Below are positions 61,660-64,000 of a stretch of 64,000 nucleotides of DNA, in pieces. The notes under the pieces were generated by a model, which was not told the origin of the DNA, did no database searches, and worked only from the letters and a program-made list of their open reading frames with translations. How positions within the stretch are numbered: the stretch's first letter is position 1; each line of letters starts with the position of its first letter. Position numbers and translations under genes: made by a program. The DNA comes from Desulfuromonadales bacterium (lineage in GTDB: Bacteria; Desulfobacterota; Desulfuromonadia; Desulfuromonadales; SZUA-540): the NCBI GenBank assembly GCA_033549025.1, contig JAWSUS010000007.1, positions 1 through 64,000 of the forward strand. The letters run 5' to 3'.

Positions 61660-62505
61660 ATGTTGGAAGCTGTAATCAGCCTGGGTGGAATCGGATTTTT
61701 GGCTGCTGTGGCCCTGGGGGCTGCCGCCAAAAAGTTTGCCGTCGAGGTGGATCCCCGTGAAGCGGCCATTCTCGAGGTGTTGTCGGGCGCCAACTGCGGT
61801 GCCTGTGGATACCCCGGTTGCGGTGCCTACGCCAAGGCCGTGGCTGCCGGTGAGGCTGCTCCCACGCTCTGCCCCGCTGGCGGGACAGAGACCGTTCGGG
61901 AGATTTCCCATATCATGGGGGTCGAGGCGGTTGCGGCAGAACCCGAAACAGCTGTGGTCCTGTGCCAGGGAGACAACGAGTCCGCGCAACTGAAATATCG
62001 TTATCTCGGCCTGGAGGATTGCCAGGCCGCTCAAAAGATTGCCAATGGTCCCAAGAGTTGCCCTGGCGGCTGTCTGGGGCTGGGATCCTGCGTCCGTGCC
62101 TGTCCCTTCGATGCCATAGAGATAACGGCTCAGGGCCTTGCCGTCATCGATCGGGAGAGATGCACGGGGTGCCGGAAATGCGTTTCTGTCTGTCCCCGTG
62201 ACGTTATCCGCATGACTCCGAGGGTGGCGACGACCCATGTGTTGTGCAACAGTCAGGACAAAGGTGCCCTCGTGCGGAAATATTGCCAGATCGGCTGCAT
62301 CGGTTGTCAGATCTGTAAAAAAACGGCGCCGGAAGCCTATGCCATTGAAAACAACCTGGCCCGAGTCGAGTATGCGCATCATGAGGCCGCGGCGTTGGCT
62401 GTAGCCAAATGTCCGACCAAGTGCATCCTGGATTTTTCACAGGCATATCCGCCGGGGAGCCACTGTGCCCCATCTTCCCCGCAATCCAAAGCAGGCGCCC
62501 TTTAA
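61660..62505 (+). CDS. rnfB: Rnf complex subunit B
   Basis: NCGACGYPGC plus ferredoxin motifs. Confidence 0.9.
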   Translation: MLEAVISLGGIGFLAAVALGAAAKKFAVEVDPREAAILEVLSGANCGACGYPGCGAYAKAVAAGEAAPTLCPAGGTETVREISHIMGVEAVAAEPETAVVLCQGDNESAQLKYRYLGLEDCQAAQKIANGPKSCPGGCLGLGSCVRACPFDAIEITAQGLAVIDRERCTGCRKCVSVCPRDVIRMTPRVATTHVLCNSQDKGALVRKYCQIGCIGCQICKKTAPEAYAIENNLARVEYAHHEAAALAVAKCPTKCILDFSQAYPPGSHCAPSSPQSKAGAL

Positions 62506-62542
62506 CGGGTCGGGTTTTCAGGTTCGAGAAAGATATCGGTGC

Positions 62543-63859
62543 ATGAAGTTCACAGCTTTTTCGGGAGGAGTTCATCCCCCCGACAACAAAAAATGGTCTG
62601 CCCATAAGCCTATTGAGGATTGTCCGCTGCCCGAGGAGCTGGTCATTCCTCTGTCTCAGCATATCGGCGCTCCGGCCAAGTGCTGTGTGACGCCGGGGGA
62701 CCGTGTCTTTAAAGGGCAGGTGGTGGGCGAGGCGCATGGATTTGTCTCTGTCCCCGTCCATGCCTCCACCTCCGGTGAAGTCATCGCGGTAGAATCCAGA
62801 CCCCACCCCTCCGGGAGCCTTCTTCCCGCCGTCGTTATTCGTCCTGACGGTGAGGATGTCTGGGCTTCGAGCCTGTCTACCGCCGACCCTGACGCTCTTT
62901 CCTGCCGTGAGATTGTGGACCGTATTCGTTCGGCCGGTATCGTCGGCATGGGCGGAGCGGCTTTTCCCGCGCATGTCAAACTCAGTCCTCCCGATGAAAA
63001 GCCGATCAACACCCTGATCATCAATGGTGTCGAATGTGAGCCCTATCTGACGGCGGATCACCGCCTGATGCTTGAGGAGACGGGTAAGATTGTCGACGGC
63101 ATGCGGATTGTCGAGAAGGCCCTCGGAGCTGATCGGGTCATCGTTGGCATAGAGGCGAACAAGCCGGATGCGATACACGTGATGATGGAAGCCTGTCGTC
63201 CTCATGGCATCGAGGTGGCGAGTCTGCCCGTGATGTACCCGCAGGGGGCTGAAAAGCAACTGATTGTGGCGCTGGTCGGTAAAGAAGTTCCCTCCGGCGG
63301 TCTGCCCATGGATATCGGTGTTGTCGTCCAAAACGTAGGGACCTGTGCCGCGGTATCCGATGCGGTTCGTCTTGGCCGTCCGCTGATCGAAAGGGTGGCC
63401 ACGGTTACCGGTGATGCGGTTGTCGAACCCAAGAACCTCCGCGTCCGCGTCGGAACTTCCCTGGCGCACATGGTGGCGGTTGCTGGTGGGAGCCAGGGGG
63501 AGGTCGGAAAAATTATCATGGGAGGCCCGATGATGGGGGCTGCCCAGCTGTCTCTGGATGTACCGGCAACTCGGGGGACATCCGGCGTTCTACTATTTAG
63601 TGAGGGGTTCGTCGATCCTCAGCCGGAAGGCCCCTGTATTCGTTGCGGACGCTGTGTTCAGGTCTGCCCATCCCGTATTCTGCCCACATCGATTGCCGCT
63701 TACGCCCGGGTTGATCTTATCGATGAGGCCGCCGGTCTCGGTGCCATGGACTGCATTGAATGTGGTTGTTGTGCCTATTCGTGCCCGGCCCGGATTCCTC
63801 TGGTGCAGGCGATCCGCTCTGCCAAAGGCGCCATCCTCGCCAAACGAAGGAAGCTTTAA
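62543..63859 (+). CDS. rnfC: Rnf complex subunit C
   Basis: GGVHP, GMGGAAFP, ECEPYLTAD, GGPMMG and two 4Fe-4S motifs. Confidence 0.95.
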   Translation: MKFTAFSGGVHPPDNKKWSAHKPIEDCPLPEELVIPLSQHIGAPAKCCVTPGDRVFKGQVVGEAHGFVSVPVHASTSGEVIAVESRPHPSGSLLPAVVIRPDGEDVWASSLSTADPDALSCREIVDRIRSAGIVGMGGAAFPAHVKLSPPDEKPINTLIINGVECEPYLTADHRLMLEETGKIVDGMRIVEKALGADRVIVGIEANKPDAIHVMMEACRPHGIEVASLPVMYPQGAEKQLIVALVGKEVPSGGLPMDIGVVVQNVGTCAAVSDAVRLGRPLIERVATVTGDAVVEPKNLRVRVGTSLAHMVAVAGGSQGEVGKIIMGGPMMGAAQLSLDVPATRGTSGVLLFSEGFVDPQPEGPCIRCGRCVQVCPSRILPTSIAAYARVDLIDEAAGLGAMDCIECGCCAYSCPARIPLVQAIRSAKGAILAKRRKL

Positions 63860-63860
63860 C

Positions 63861-64000
63861 GTGGAAAAACAGCTGTACCTTTCATCGTCTCCCCATATCC
63901 ATGCCGGGGAAACCACCGAAAAGATCATGCGAGCTGTTATCTACAGCCTCCTGCCTGCCTGTGGCGTGGCGATCTATTTTTTCGGTTTCAGGGCCCTGCT
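63861..64000 (+). CDS. rnfD: Rnf complex subunit D (3'-partial)
   Basis: GTG at 63861; ...SSSPHIH...IMRAVIYSLLPA...FFG, running off the window. Confidence 0.85.
   Translation, partial: MEKQLYLSSSPHIHAGETTEKIMRAVIYSLLPACGVAIYFFGFRAL

Overview
The window looks like chromosomal DNA from a Desulfuromonadales deltaproteobacterium (Desulfuromonas/Geobacter-like; inferred from gene content). Bases 1-935 are the AT-richer end of a Tn7-like transposon that has truncated comM. Housekeeping genes follow: trxB, a nitrilase-family hydrolase, a split-subunit Mrp/Mnh antiporter operon, hemW-CIRCE-hrcA-grpE-dnaK-dnaJ, an LpoA-like gene, panE, carD-ispD-ispF-glnS-cysS-uvrB, an acyl-CoA dehydrogenase, UbiD, DoxX and a cysteine synthase. 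Next are a di-heme peroxidase/Tat metallophosphoesterase/cytochrome c triplet, MscS and fabH. About 42.4-56 kb is an electron-transfer island with an ImcH-like cytochrome, an NrfD/NrfC/6-heme cytochrome complex and CbcL. Its centre holds the best candidate for an undescribed system. An OrpR-like (Cys-PAS) sigma54 activator precedes two similarly built operons, each with a sigma54-type promoter and a divergent NifX/ORP-fold gene. Together they carry six paralogous 47-53-aa membrane microproteins with an invariant Trp36, five of them absent from the ORF track. Two more candidate relatives lie about 6 kb upstream. The window ends with the Fo ATP synthase genes, a TrmJ-type methyltransferase, hemL and rnfABC plus a partial rnfD. 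All calls come from reading motifs by eye; no database search was run.
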